A DNA stretch of 52,312 nt, from positions 258,432 to 310,743 of the IMG/VR virus record IMGVR_UViG_3300044878_000087. One strand, written 5' to 3'. The notes under the pieces were generated by a model, which saw only the letters and a list, made by a program, of their open reading frames with translations, made no database searches and was not told where the DNA came from. Positions 1 to 9,800 of this stretch are shown here, piece after piece. This stretch comes from a virus (Duplodnaviria > Heunggongvirae > Uroviricota > Caudoviricetes). Both the position numbers and the translations under genes were made by a program. Each line of letters starts with the position of its first letter. Position 1 is the first letter of the stretch.

Positions 1-116
1 AAGTGTTGGTCATTGCTGTTGGGCCACGTGCCTACACATACGCGACTGTGTTTATGACGGACGAAGGTTCTGCAATTTACCAAAGTCCGTACACGCAGTT
101 CATTCTACCTAAATAG
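1..116 (+). CDS. 3' end of a hypothetical protein truncated by the window edge
   Basis: Frame is open from base 3 (VLVIAVGPRAYTYATVF...FILPK) to TAG at 114-116, 10 nt before the next ATG. Confidence 0.45.
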   Translation, partial: VLVIAVGPRAYTYATVFMTDEGSAIYQSPYTQFILPK

Positions 117-126
117 CGGGTATTCC

Positions 127-540
127 ATGAAACTACTAACCTCTCTCCGTAAGATCATTGCCCGGTTCTTTACTCGAATCGGGCTGCGCTGGTGCGCAAA
201 GCTTGACAATGATTTTAAAAGGATGTGTGTGTTAGCCATTATCCACTCTAAGTGGGTCGGCGGTGATGTTGTACGGGAACGTTACGCAAAAGCAATGTCA
301 ATGAACGACCAGATGTGTTTGGTTCGAGACGCTAATGCATTGAAGTTCCCTACTTGCATTGCGGATCATTGTTTAAGGGACATCCCAAGTCTTACTGAAG
401 CCAAAAGCTCCCCTGACTGTGGATGGAATCGTATTCGTAAGGCGATCCCTTGCTGGCTACGCTACTCTGATGAAGATACATTCCGCAATGACATTCAACG
501 GGTGTTCGCTATCTGTGCTTCACCTGTGGTTATCGCATAA
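127..540 (+). CDS. hypothetical protein (137 aa)
   Basis: ATG-started ORF ending just before a terminator hairpin. No recognisable motif. Confidence 0.65.
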   Translation: MKLLTSLRKIIARFFTRIGLRWCAKLDNDFKRMCVLAIIHSKWVGGDVVRERYAKAMSMNDQMCLVRDANALKFPTCIADHCLRDIPSLTEAKSSPDCGWNRIRKAIPCWLRYSDEDTFRNDIQRVFAICASPVVIA

Positions 541-543
541 CAA

Positions 544-575
544 CATATTGGCTTCCCCGAAGGGAAGCCTTTATG
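544..575. terminator. bidirectional hairpin terminator (CATA-hairpin-TATG family)
   Basis: CATA-tt-GGCTTCCC-CGAA-GGGAAGCC-tt-TATG between convergent genes. Confidence 0.8.
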
Positions 576-578
576 CCA

Positions 579-1448
579 TCAGCGGAGTTCACTCTCAAGT
601 GTTGCGAACACTTGGTTTACTTCAGTCAGTCGAGTGATTTGAATAGCATACCACTCAACCCACTTAGCTACTGTAGCTAGTTCATTACCGATTGTTTGGA
701 TCAGTTGCTTAGAGGCTGGGTCACGCTCTGAGGACAACGATTTAAACAGACCCTGTGCGACGGCTGACAATTGCTCTACCGACGCTCGTACTTGCTCTGG
801 GGAGGCCTGAGCCAACAGCTTGCCGTATTCGACCATCTGGAATTCAGCTTTCACGAATTCAGCATTGTTCGAGAACAGATTGCCGAAGTTAGTAGTCGCA
901 TCGTTGTTACCAGCCTTGAAGTATTTGCTTTCATCAGCCAACAGTTTTGCCAGTTGTGCTGTATTCATAGCACCACCTGGGAAATCACGACGCTCACCAC
1001 GTTCCGTTGGATTCGTCACGTAGTAACCCAGACGCTGGATAGCTGGATCGATTACAGCAGCCTTGATGTTAACAGCTGTAGAGATACGTGGAGCTAAGCC
1101 CATCACGTAGTCATGCAGGTTACCAGTAAAGCCACGAGGCTGGGAGACAGGCTTAGATTGAATCTCCATGTAATCCAGCGAACGCATTACAGTGTTCATG
1201 TTAGCAGGATACAGGGTGGTCAGTGGAGCCCAGGTAAATGTGGTCATCAGTTCGAAGCCACGTTTGATCGACATAGAAACGTTTGCGCCCATACGAGCGA
1301 ACCAACCGGAGATTGCACCCATCTCGGCAGCTTCCATGGAAATACTTTCACATGCAACGTAGAACTGACGGATTGGATCGACTGGTTTGTTATCGGCCGA
1401 TTCGTTAGATACGACTTCGTTCGTACCATAGCGAGTAAAGAGAGACAT
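579..1448 (-). CDS. virion head protein (phiKZ gp153-like)
   Basis: Divergent from uvsX as I recall for phiKZ. N-terminal S-x-E motifs (VSNE, ISME) resemble prohead-protease cleavage sites. Confidence 0.65.
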   Translation of the reverse strand: MSLFTRYGTNEVVSNESADNKPVDPIRQFYVACESISMEAAEMGAISGWFARMGANVSMSIKRGFELMTTFTWAPLTTLYPANMNTVMRSLDYMEIQSKPVSQPRGFTGNLHDYVMGLAPRISTAVNIKAAVIDPAIQRLGYYVTNPTERGERRDFPGGAMNTAQLAKLLADESKYFKAGNNDATTNFGNLFSNNAEFVKAEFQMVEYGKLLAQASPEQVRASVEQLSAVAQGLFKSLSSERDPASKQLIQTIGNELATVAKWVEWYAIQITRLTEVNQVFATLESELR

Positions 1449-1486
1449 GGTAGCTACCTTGTGTTTAATGAAATCAGGAGTCTAGA

Positions 1487-1497
1487 CATAAAATTAC
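1487..1497. promoter_or_regulatory. candidate back-to-back promoters: middle-type AAAATTAC (+, uvsX) and late-type TATG (-, head protein)
   Basis: CATAAAATTAC in the divergent intergenic region matches the phiKZ middle (AAanntTAC) and late (TATG) consensus. Motifs are short. Confidence 0.35.
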
Positions 1498-1546
1498 GCT
1501 TGAACTCAATTAATTGATTGCTCTATAACATCAACGAGGAAAAAAC

Positions 1547-2974
1547 ATGTTCGGAGAGTTTAAGAAACCATCCTTTCGGCCTGCAGTTAACGTAGGTTGT
1601 TTGATGGACATTTCGTCTGGCCACTATGAGGAAGGCGAACATGGGGAGATGATCCTCAACGGTGGTCTGGGTGCATTGAACGGGATCGTGTCTCGTCCAA
1701 ACAACTTTAAGACTGCTCTCGGCGTTTACATGCTGTCGATGGTGCGTCGAGCTATGCCTAGCTCCCACTCGATGGTTTACGATACAGAAGGTACACTGAA
1801 CCCTGTTGCACGTTTCGCTGCTGTCGCTAAGCACTTCCCTGAAATCGCTGCTATCGATTTCAACGATGACCCACAGTTCATGTTCACCGACTTGTCGCAG
1901 TACACTGGTGACGAGTTCTTCTTCACCCTGCGTAAAGCTTTGGATGCCAAAGCAAAAGACGAAAAGAAACATCACCGTACTACTCCATTCATCGATAAAG
2001 ACAAGAAGCATAAAGTCTGTCTGGAACCCACCACAGCTTTCATTGACTCGTTCTCGAAGTTCATTGTTTCTGCTGTAGATGAGATGTACGCTAAGAACAA
2101 GATCGGTGACGGCAAGAACAACACCGATGCAATGACTAACGGTAAAGCGAAGAACCAACTGTTCAACCAGCTCCCGCAAGTTGCTGCCAAGACTGGTACT
2201 CACTTCATCCTGACAGCTCACGTTGGTGATATCATCAACATGGAAATGTATCCTACCGACAAGCGTAACTTGACCGGTATGAAACAGAACACTGTACTGA
2301 AAGGTGTGTCGTCTGGTTTCTACTCGTTGCCTAACAACGTGTGGGACGTTATCTCGAACAAGCCATTGCTCAACAACGATAAGATGCCTATCTATCCGTT
2401 GGACAACGCTACGGCCATGCAAGGTGACTCTGACCTCCGTATCCTGGAAGTTAAGAACCTGCGTTCGAAAGGTGGTATCTCTGACCTGCCATTCCCGATC
2501 ATCGTTGCACAGTCCGAAGGTGTGTTGCCAGCTCTGTCTGAGTTCCACTACTGCAAAGAGAACGGTTTCGGTATCGGTGGTAACGTACAGAACTACTTCG
2601 TAGAACTGCGTCCAAACGTTTCGTTGAGCCGTACCAAAGTCCGTCAGAAACTGAACGGTGATGAGAAGCTCCGTCGTGCTGTAGAGATCCAATCTGAAAT
2701 GCTACAGCTGATTCAGTTCCAGCGCAAATTGGATATTCCTACTCCGCAAGAACTGTATGATGGCCTGGTGAAAATGGGCTACGACTGGGAAGTTCTGTTG
2801 GGTACCCGTGGGTATTGGATGCTCAAAGAAGACGAACACCTCAGTGAGAAACAGTTCCTGTCGACTATGGACTTGATCCGCATGCTGCGTTTCGAATACA
2901 AGCCGTACTGGATGTCGAAAGAAGACCGTGCTAAGATCGTACCACTGGAGGTGACTAGTGCTCCGGCTGCTTAA
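1547..2974 (+). CDS. uvsX: UvsX/RecA-like recombinase (phiKZ gp152-like)
   Basis: Variant Walker A GIVSRPNNFKT, YDTEG, Walker B-like AFIDSFS, HFILTAHVG. Good RBS (GAGGA). Confidence 0.85.
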   Translation: MFGEFKKPSFRPAVNVGCLMDISSGHYEEGEHGEMILNGGLGALNGIVSRPNNFKTALGVYMLSMVRRAMPSSHSMVYDTEGTLNPVARFAAVAKHFPEIAAIDFNDDPQFMFTDLSQYTGDEFFFTLRKALDAKAKDEKKHHRTTPFIDKDKKHKVCLEPTTAFIDSFSKFIVSAVDEMYAKNKIGDGKNNTDAMTNGKAKNQLFNQLPQVAAKTGTHFILTAHVGDIINMEMYPTDKRNLTGMKQNTVLKGVSSGFYSLPNNVWDVISNKPLLNNDKMPIYPLDNATAMQGDSDLRILEVKNLRSKGGISDLPFPIIVAQSEGVLPALSEFHYCKENGFGIGGNVQNYFVELRPNVSLSRTKVRQKLNGDEKLRRAVEIQSEMLQLIQFQRKLDIPTPQELYDGLVKMGYDWEVLLGTRGYWMLKEDEHLSEKQFLSTMDLIRMLRFEYKPYWMSKEDRAKIVPLEVTSAPAA

Positions 2975-3458
2975 AGCCATTCACAAATTCTTCATGCCTG
3001 AATTCCACCCACGTTGGTGGGAACGTTCGTGTGAACATTGCAAAGCCAGGGTTAATTGCCTTGGCTTCTGCAACCACCCAACCTGTAAAGGAAACGGAAG
3101 CGGAGCTATTGAAAAAACTCTTGCCAACGTTTGGGAACGACAAAAGGCTGAACGTAAACCACTGCCAGAAGTTCCACCACCTGCCCCACCTCCAGTACCA
3201 TCCAAACAAGGCATTGGACGTTACTACTTCGAAAGTCAAAAGATCTCTATCTGTGTTGACCGTAATAGCGAAGTCACCATTAATGCACCGCTGGGCGTTT
3301 CGGTACAAGTAGTCGGTAATACAATCAACATCGGTGATGTTAAGCCATCCCCAAAGCTACCTGCTCCACCGCGGCCAACAATTACATGTACATGCTTTAG
3401 TGATAACTGCGACCATCGCAAAAATCCAGACCATGTGAGTAACAGATTTAAAAAATGA
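2958..3458 (+). CDS. Cys-rich, Pro-rich hypothetical protein (possible Zn-binding)
   Basis: CEHC...C...CNHPTC and CTC...CDH clusters separated by poly-Pro linkers. ATGA overlap with the next gene. Confidence 0.6.
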   Translation: MLRLLKAIHKFFMPEFHPRWWERSCEHCKARVNCLGFCNHPTCKGNGSGAIEKTLANVWERQKAERKPLPEVPPPAPPPVPSKQGIGRYYFESQKISICVDRNSEVTINAPLGVSVQVVGNTINIGDVKPSPKLPAPPRPTITCTCFSDNCDHRKNPDHVSNRFKK

Positions 3459-3799
3459 ACGTATACACATTCCAGTTAGGCAAGTTGGAGAACTTGATCT
3501 TTAGTAATATCCCTTTTTACGACACTACTGTTAAATCAGGCATGTGGCAACTAGCTCCCTCATGGGAGATCGTAATGGGCGTAAAATCTAATCGCATTAC
3601 TCCTGAGCAATATGAAGCTCAGTACATGGCGATGCTGGAATGGCGTTACGACACTTACCCAGAATTCTTCGAGTGGTTGATAAGCCATGAACACATTGCG
3701 TTCGGCTGTTACTGCCCCGCTGGTAAATTTTGTCACCGGCATCTTATCACCAAATTCCTTTCAAACATAACAGAAGTTAATTATTGCGGAGAGCTTTAG
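3455..3799 (+). CDS. DUF488-like protein
   Basis: LAPSWE motif and C-terminal GCYC...FCHRHLI, typical of the DUF488 family. Confidence 0.65.
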   Translation: MNVYTFQLGKLENLIFSNIPFYDTTVKSGMWQLAPSWEIVMGVKSNRITPEQYEAQYMAMLEWRYDTYPEFFEWLISHEHIAFGCYCPAGKFCHRHLITKFLSNITEVNYCGEL

Positions 3800-3815
3800 T
3801 TAACTGGACCACCAC

Positions 3816-4112
3816 ATGACCTCTTATAATCAATTCATCTTCGAGATGACCCGTGCAGTAGATCCAGAACTAGCGGAAGATCTCAATCGCCGCATGGTTA
3901 CCCCGCTTACCAGTACCTTAGAAATGTCAGCCTTCATGAATGACATTCTCCATCAATATCCATCAGACTGGGCTAAGTTCTGGTTCACTACAGGACAACC
4001 GTACACTTTAGAACAATGGTGCAACTACTACCGTCAAGCAGTGCTGCCATTCTTCTGTATGCATCGATTGCCACCAGTCGCGGCAGATGCGAGACCTATC
4101 TATCCGGTCTAA
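3816..4112 (+). CDS. hypothetical protein
   Basis: ORF lies in the operon between the DUF488-like gene and the RNAP subunit. Confidence 0.65.
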   Translation: MTSYNQFIFEMTRAVDPELAEDLNRRMVTPLTSTLEMSAFMNDILHQYPSDWAKFWFTTGQPYTLEQWCNYYRQAVLPFFCMHRLPPVAADARPIYPV

Positions 4113-4142
4113 TCGTATAGTATTCATTAGTGGAGAAATACG

Positions 4143-4811
4143 ATGTCACGCAAAGCAGCAGAAAAGGATGCACTACATTTCATTGACATGTTCCTGCCGG
4201 GTAGCCCTAACAAGCAACTCCTGGCAGACATGTTCAAGCGAATGTCAGATGCAGAATTTGCACAGTGGATTGATAACTTAGAAGCCGGTACAGAGTACGT
4301 TACGTTGTACGCACCTAACCTGGCTGATGTTACCCTGAGTATTGAACGGAACTATAAAGTCGCAGAAGCGTTAGGCTTTGAACTGTTCCAACAACTCAAG
4401 CTTACAGACCAATCCACCGGGCAGGTTTATCTAACCCCAAACAAACACTTGATCGGCATGCTCCCGCTCCGTCGTCAAGTACAGATGCTAGCCAAGAAAC
4501 GATCTATCCCAGGTTCGAGTCACGTAGTGGACGAACGCTCGGGTCAGGCTTCTGGTGATTCGAAAGGCTCACGTCTATCAGGGCCAGAGATCCAAGTAAA
4601 CGTTTCTAAAGGTCTGAACACCGCTGTGTTGGAACTGGTTAAGTTCCGTGGTGGTGACGCTGAAGCTTACAACCAAATGAATCGACAGATCATGGAAACT
4701 GGTGAAGCTTCTTTGAACTCGATCATGGCTGAAACACCAAGCATCGTCAAATCTAACAAAACGTTGTCGGTATACCTATCGTCAATGATGTTGAGGAACA
4801 ACCTTACATGA
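4143..4811 (+). CDS. virion RNA polymerase beta subunit, C-terminal fragment (phiKZ gp149-like)
   Basis: GDSKGSRLSGPEIQV corresponds to the beta GGQRFGEME region and LELVKFRGGD to LTVKSDD. Size and synteny fit gp149. Confidence 0.8.
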   Translation: MSRKAAEKDALHFIDMFLPGSPNKQLLADMFKRMSDAEFAQWIDNLEAGTEYVTLYAPNLADVTLSIERNYKVAEALGFELFQQLKLTDQSTGQVYLTPNKHLIGMLPLRRQVQMLAKKRSIPGSSHVVDERSGQASGDSKGSRLSGPEIQVNVSKGLNTAVLELVKFRGGDAEAYNQMNRQIMETGEASLNSIMAETPSIVKSNKTLSVYLSSMMLRNNLT

Positions 4812-5293
4812 CCGTCCGTCTAATCGAATCCATCCGCAATGCGTGGGTGGAAGGATTAGAGGAGTTTCTGGCTTTGAACCCTACAGGTGAAAAGTCATTG
4901 CTCCCTAATCTAGTTCAAGTGATTTCCAATATCCGGATTCATCAACTTCTTCGTGAAGGTAAGAATGAATCGTTCATTCGTCGTGTCTATGACGACATCA
5001 AAAACATTCCAGACTTCTACAACATCCTGATGTCATCGACATCTGCCTTTATGCTGGAACTGGAATACCCGTTATCCGACTGCATTACGTTCTTCACACA
5101 GCGTATAGAAATGTATTCTGACAAGTCCAATGTAGTTGACCATGTCACATTGTCTCGTAGAGCTCCTACAGGCACGCTCACGACGATTCTATCAGAGAAC
5201 CCATGGCTCTTTATGCTTTTGGTTGCATCGACCCATGAGCGCGATACCATACGCACTCTGATCGAACATGGAATCAAAGGGGCTAATAAATGA
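4808..5293 (+). CDS. conserved phiKZ-like hypothetical protein
   Basis: ATGA overlaps on both sides. Syntenic with the gp148 position. Confidence 0.7.
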   Translation: MTVRLIESIRNAWVEGLEEFLALNPTGEKSLLPNLVQVISNIRIHQLLREGKNESFIRRVYDDIKNIPDFYNILMSSTSAFMLELEYPLSDCITFFTQRIEMYSDKSNVVDHVTLSRRAPTGTLTTILSENPWLFMLLVASTHERDTIRTLIEHGIKGANK

Positions 5294-6117
5294 TCCGACG
5301 AATCCTAATCAGTTTAGATGTACTATTGGATACACGTGTTGGTGTCATTGCTGGGATCTCTCAGGAAGCTGCCACAGCCTTAGTTACTAACCCGTTGTAT
5401 TGGGAACGTGACTTTGATGACTGGCATAAGCTTACCGGTGGGTTAATCACTAACGAACAATTCGCAGAAGCGTATGCTGCTCGTGGTGGTGAGAACAGTG
5501 CTAAGACACTGAACGCTAGCTTTGAAACTGGTATGGCTCCATTCCTTTACCAGCTGTTGGCTGAGGCCGATATTAATGCAATGGATGGCATGACAAGAGA
5601 TGCGCATGAGATCGGTTTAGCGGTCAATACAGCGCCTTACGTGCTGTCTCCTAATGAGCGGGCTGATCTAGTAGATATCATCCAAGCGAAATACGGCACA
5701 GAGCTCAATGTTAAGCTTGTGGAATACACTGTACCGGAACTGACTGTACAACGGTTGGCAGAAGAATTCGGTGGAATGATTATCTACGAATTCGCTGAGT
5801 GGTTTAAATATCACCACATCGCTATCGTTGGTGCATTGATGTCAGACTTCAACGTCGTGCATCCAAAGCTATTCGATCGTGATCCGTCGGAACTTACCTT
5901 AGAAGAAAAGAAACATGACTTCTTCAGGTTCCGTTTGGTTACGCAACACAACATGGATATCAACTATATTGACTCTCGCTACTTCAGCTTGATCAATGTG
6001 AAGAGTTCACTGTCAGCTCCAGTTGGTGATGCAGCTGATCACGAAGCTACACCTGTGGGTGAAATCGATCCAGAGTTTCAAGCATTGCTGCGAGGCGAAA
6101 TAAAGGCCACCCCATGA
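5290..6117 (+). CDS. conserved phiKZ-like hypothetical protein
   Basis: N-terminal ISLDVLLDTR motif, translational coupling and gp147-like position. Confidence 0.7.
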   Translation: MIRRILISLDVLLDTRVGVIAGISQEAATALVTNPLYWERDFDDWHKLTGGLITNEQFAEAYAARGGENSAKTLNASFETGMAPFLYQLLAEADINAMDGMTRDAHEIGLAVNTAPYVLSPNERADLVDIIQAKYGTELNVKLVEYTVPELTVQRLAEEFGGMIIYEFAEWFKYHHIAIVGALMSDFNVVHPKLFDRDPSELTLEEKKHDFFRFRLVTQHNMDINYIDSRYFSLINVKSSLSAPVGDAADHEATPVGEIDPEFQALLRGEIKATP

Positions 6118-6131
6118 GGGTGGCTTTATGT
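6100..6131. terminator. bidirectional hairpin terminator
   Basis: ATAAAG-GCCACCC-CATGA-GGGTGGC-TTTATG between convergent genes. Confidence 0.75.
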
Positions 6132-6136
6132 CTTAT

Positions 6137-6808
6137 TTACACACCGTTGAAATTTTCTACAGATTGAAACATTTCTGTAGGGATCGTCGGTAGTTCAGCA
6201 ATCGTTGTGGCATTGTTGGTTTGATCCTTCAATACCCAAGCAACTTGGTAGCCTTCGGTAACACGGTAGAACGTTGTGTCAGCCATAGCTACGAATTCAG
6301 AAGCAGTCAGGTTAACAGTTACGTTCTCGTATACACGATAAGCGATTGGCAGATCAGCGCCAGCAGCGATTGCTTCTTTAGCAATTACGCGGATAGAGCT
6401 GATATTCTGACGATCGGTAGTACGTATCTGAACGTGATAGATCTCACCGTTAACTTGATAAGGGAAACCCTTTTCGAATTGTGCTACACGGAAAGCTTCA
6501 ATGTTAGTAAGCAGGTTAGCTTTGGCTTGTGCCAGGTTTGAACTCAGTTCATTCTCAGTGAAAGAACGAGCATTCCAAACACGGTACCAACTACCATCAC
6601 GGAGTTCAGGCTTACCTTCTTGCACAACATCGGCTTGAGGTACCACTACATCGACTACTACTTCATAGCCATACATTAGCAATTCATCGGCAGCAACGAC
6701 TTGTGGGAAAATGGTACCCGGTACACGGGCAGACAGATCAGCCAGGAAGATTGGGTATTCGCCAGTCTCTGTGCAAATCAGTCGGGTATTACGGTTGACA
6801 GTTGTCAT
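6137..6808 (-). CDS. tail-fibre assembly/chaperone-like protein (DUF4376-like C-terminal half)
   Basis: Directly downstream of the long fibre gene. RVAQFEKGFPY...VQIRTTDRQNI...LKDQTNNATTIAELP resembles DUF4376/Tfa-type proteins. Confidence 0.6.
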   Translation of the reverse strand: MTTVNRNTRLICTETGEYPIFLADLSARVPGTIFPQVVAADELLMYGYEVVVDVVVPQADVVQEGKPELRDGSWYRVWNARSFTENELSSNLAQAKANLLTNIEAFRVAQFEKGFPYQVNGEIYHVQIRTTDRQNISSIRVIAKEAIAAGADLPIAYRVYENVTVNLTASEFVAMADTTFYRVTEGYQVAWVLKDQTNNATTIAELPTIPTEMFQSVENFNGV

Positions 6809-6843
6809 TTGAATTCCTCAGGGGATTGGGTTCATACACTAAA

Positions 6844-6874
6844 CATAGAGCTCTCCCTGAGGAGAGCCTTTATG
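6844..6874. terminator. hairpin terminator (CATA-hairpin-TATG family)
   Basis: CATA-ga-GCTCTCC-CTGA-GGAGAGC-ctt-TATG right after the fibre stop codon. Confidence 0.75.
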
Positions 6875-6877
6875 TCG

Positions 6878-9800
6878 TTACGAGGCGGTCTGAGCACCAA
6901 CAGCACCGATCAACACTGGAGAAGCACCACCGATAACCAAGAAGGTTACAACGTTGATACCAGCTTGATACGTAGGAGCTGTACCACCGTTCCAGATCAA
7001 GTTAGATGCCGTTACAGCAACACCGTTGATTTGGAAGCTGATGGATGCAGTCGAACCACGGATCAGAAGAACCAGTGTGGTCGAGCGGTTTGCAGCCGGC
7101 AGGTTAGTGAAGTTAATGGTCTTCGCTACAGCACCTGCGGTGTTCGTGATATCCAACAGCTGTGTGTTAGATGCGTTGAACGTTACAGCAGCCGTAGCAG
7201 CAGCGATTGCAGCCGAAGCCACATCGTAGCTATCGAAGGCTACCCATGCAGTGTCAGTACGCATGTACTTCTTGGAGTCAGCCGGAGCGCTGATACCAGT
7301 GTACTCGACCCAGTTAGCATTCTGACCGGAACGCAGGTAAGTTTTACCAGCGGTGGTCGGAGCATCAGTGATGCCACCAGCAGGGATAGTGATCTCTTTC
7401 CACTTAGGAACAGAGTCTGCAGCTTCGAAGGTACGAGCGTACAGTTTGCTATCTTTGCTTACCAGGTCAGCGATGCTTGGAGGGATAACTACTTCTACCC
7501 AGCCACCGTTAGTTTGACCAGTAGCTACACGACGAGCGTACAACTTAGAGTCAGCGGTTGGTTCTGGGAATGCAGGGAATTGGATTTCCACCCATTCGCC
7601 GAGGGTTGTTTCACCAGCCTTCAGTTGACGACCGTAGACCTTACCACTTACGAGGCTTGGTACTTCATCAACAGGTAGTTTAACCCACGAGTTACCCAGA
7701 CGTACAACTTTACCCAGGTTAGCCAGAGGCGAGTTTACATCACCAGCAACCAGACGGCCCATTTGCAGCCAGCCAGCGGATGGATCTTTGTAGAACGTAT
7801 CGAAGGTGTTGTTAACAGCCCAGTCACCAACGCGACCGTAGTCTGAGGTAGGTTCAGATACGTTGTTAGGCAGAACCAGCCACAGAGAACCACGTTCACC
7901 CGTTGCACCGGTGTTACCTTTCAGACCAGTCTTACCGATAGGACCTTCAACACCTTGTGGACCACGAACAGGACCAGCATCGTACCACTGAGTTGCACCA
8001 CCTACTGGGTTTACACCGTAGAGGAACAAGTTGCTACCGATCAAGTAACCTTCACCGTTAGCACCAGTTGGGTGAGCAGCTTGCAGTGCACCAAGAGTAG
8101 CGTAAGAACCATTGATGGTAATCGAGTTACCAGCAGGGCCTTGGATACCTTGGATACCGTCTTCACCTTGGAGACCACGAATGTGGATACCTGGGTTATA
8201 GACACCAGCAGAGTTCACTTGGTATAGGCTACCATCTTCTTTTACGAAGTAGGCATCGCCTTCAGCCAACGTACCAGCAGTAGGTAGATCTGCAATCAGT
8301 TCCACTTCACCTTTGATGTTGATGCTGACACCTTGTTTACCCTCAGGACCATCGATACCGACATCACCTTTAGGACCACGGAATTCACCGAGGTTGACCC
8401 ATGCACCAGTGATCCACATGAACAGAGTTCCTGTGTCCAGCGTAGTGTATGCATCTTGCTCAGCAGCACCGCCTGGCAGAGCCGCTTGGTTAGCTACAGA
8501 ACCTTTGATGACAACGCTCTTACCGTTGGTGCCATTCGTCCCGTTAGTGCCGTTGGTACCATCTGCACCTTTCAAGGAAGCGATAAACTCGGCTTCGGTT
8601 TTACCCGCATTGCCTGGGATAGCTTTATACGCTTCAAATGCAGAAGCACCTTGTGCACCGTCAACGCCATCAACACCGTCCGTACCATTAGTACCATCGG
8701 CGCCTTTGATGGACGCAATGAAGTCAGCTTCTGTCTTACCGGCATTACCAGGAATAGCTTTGTATGCTTCGAATGCGGATGCACCCTGAGCACCATCTAC
8801 GCCGTCCTTACCATCAATACCGTTAGTACCATTGGTTCCGTCAACGCCATCTGTACCATTGGTACCATCTTGACCACGGAATGGACCAGCATCGATCCAA
8901 GCTGCACCTACACGAATATGTAGATGACCAGTATCGAGTGCTACCCATGCATCTTGATCAACCGGAGTTGGCAATGCTTGGATTGCAGTCAGGTTAGCCT
9001 GGGTACCTTTAACTTGCAGGTTACGGCCATCCTTACCATCAATACCGTTAGTACCATCCTGACCGTCTTGGCCGTCGGTACCGTCTTGACCATTGGTGCC
9101 GTTAATACCGTCAGCACCTTTCATGGAGGCAAGCCATTGTACCTCGGTACCAACGAAATCTTGTTCCACTGCGATCTCGTAAGCCGACTTACCGTTCAGA
9201 GAACCGAAGTTATGGTAATCCGAATTCGCTGGGGTTGTTTCATCAATGATCCAAACATACAGATCTTTGTTGACGTAGAATGCTTCTGCAGGTGTACCAG
9301 GACGAGGCAGTTGCGAAACGTTGGTCAGAGTACCTTTGATTTCGAATGCCGGAGCAGGATCACCCTTCTCACCTTGGTCGCCTTTCAGCGATACCAACCA
9401 CTGAAGTTCAGTACCAACGAAACCGTCAGCAACTGCTACTTCATAGGCGGACTTACCATTAGGACCGATCTGACCATCAACGCCATCTGTACCATTGGTA
9501 CCATCTTTACCAGCATCGCCCTTCTGCCCTTTCAGGGAATCAACGAACTGTGTTTCAGTACCTGCGTTACCTTGGTCCAACCACGATTGATAAGCAGATT
9601 TACCAACTGGACCAGGTACACCAATGTCTACCCATTTACGGACAGGTTGTTCTACCAGAGTCCACAGAGAGCTACGCCATACGTACGTGTCACTAGCTTT
9701 GTAGTTCACGTCGAGTGGCAGCTGTGCGGCATTAGGCCATTCGCCCAGGTAGTTCAAACCACGACCTGCTGGACCTTGGAGCGCGTTGGACTTAACCCAG

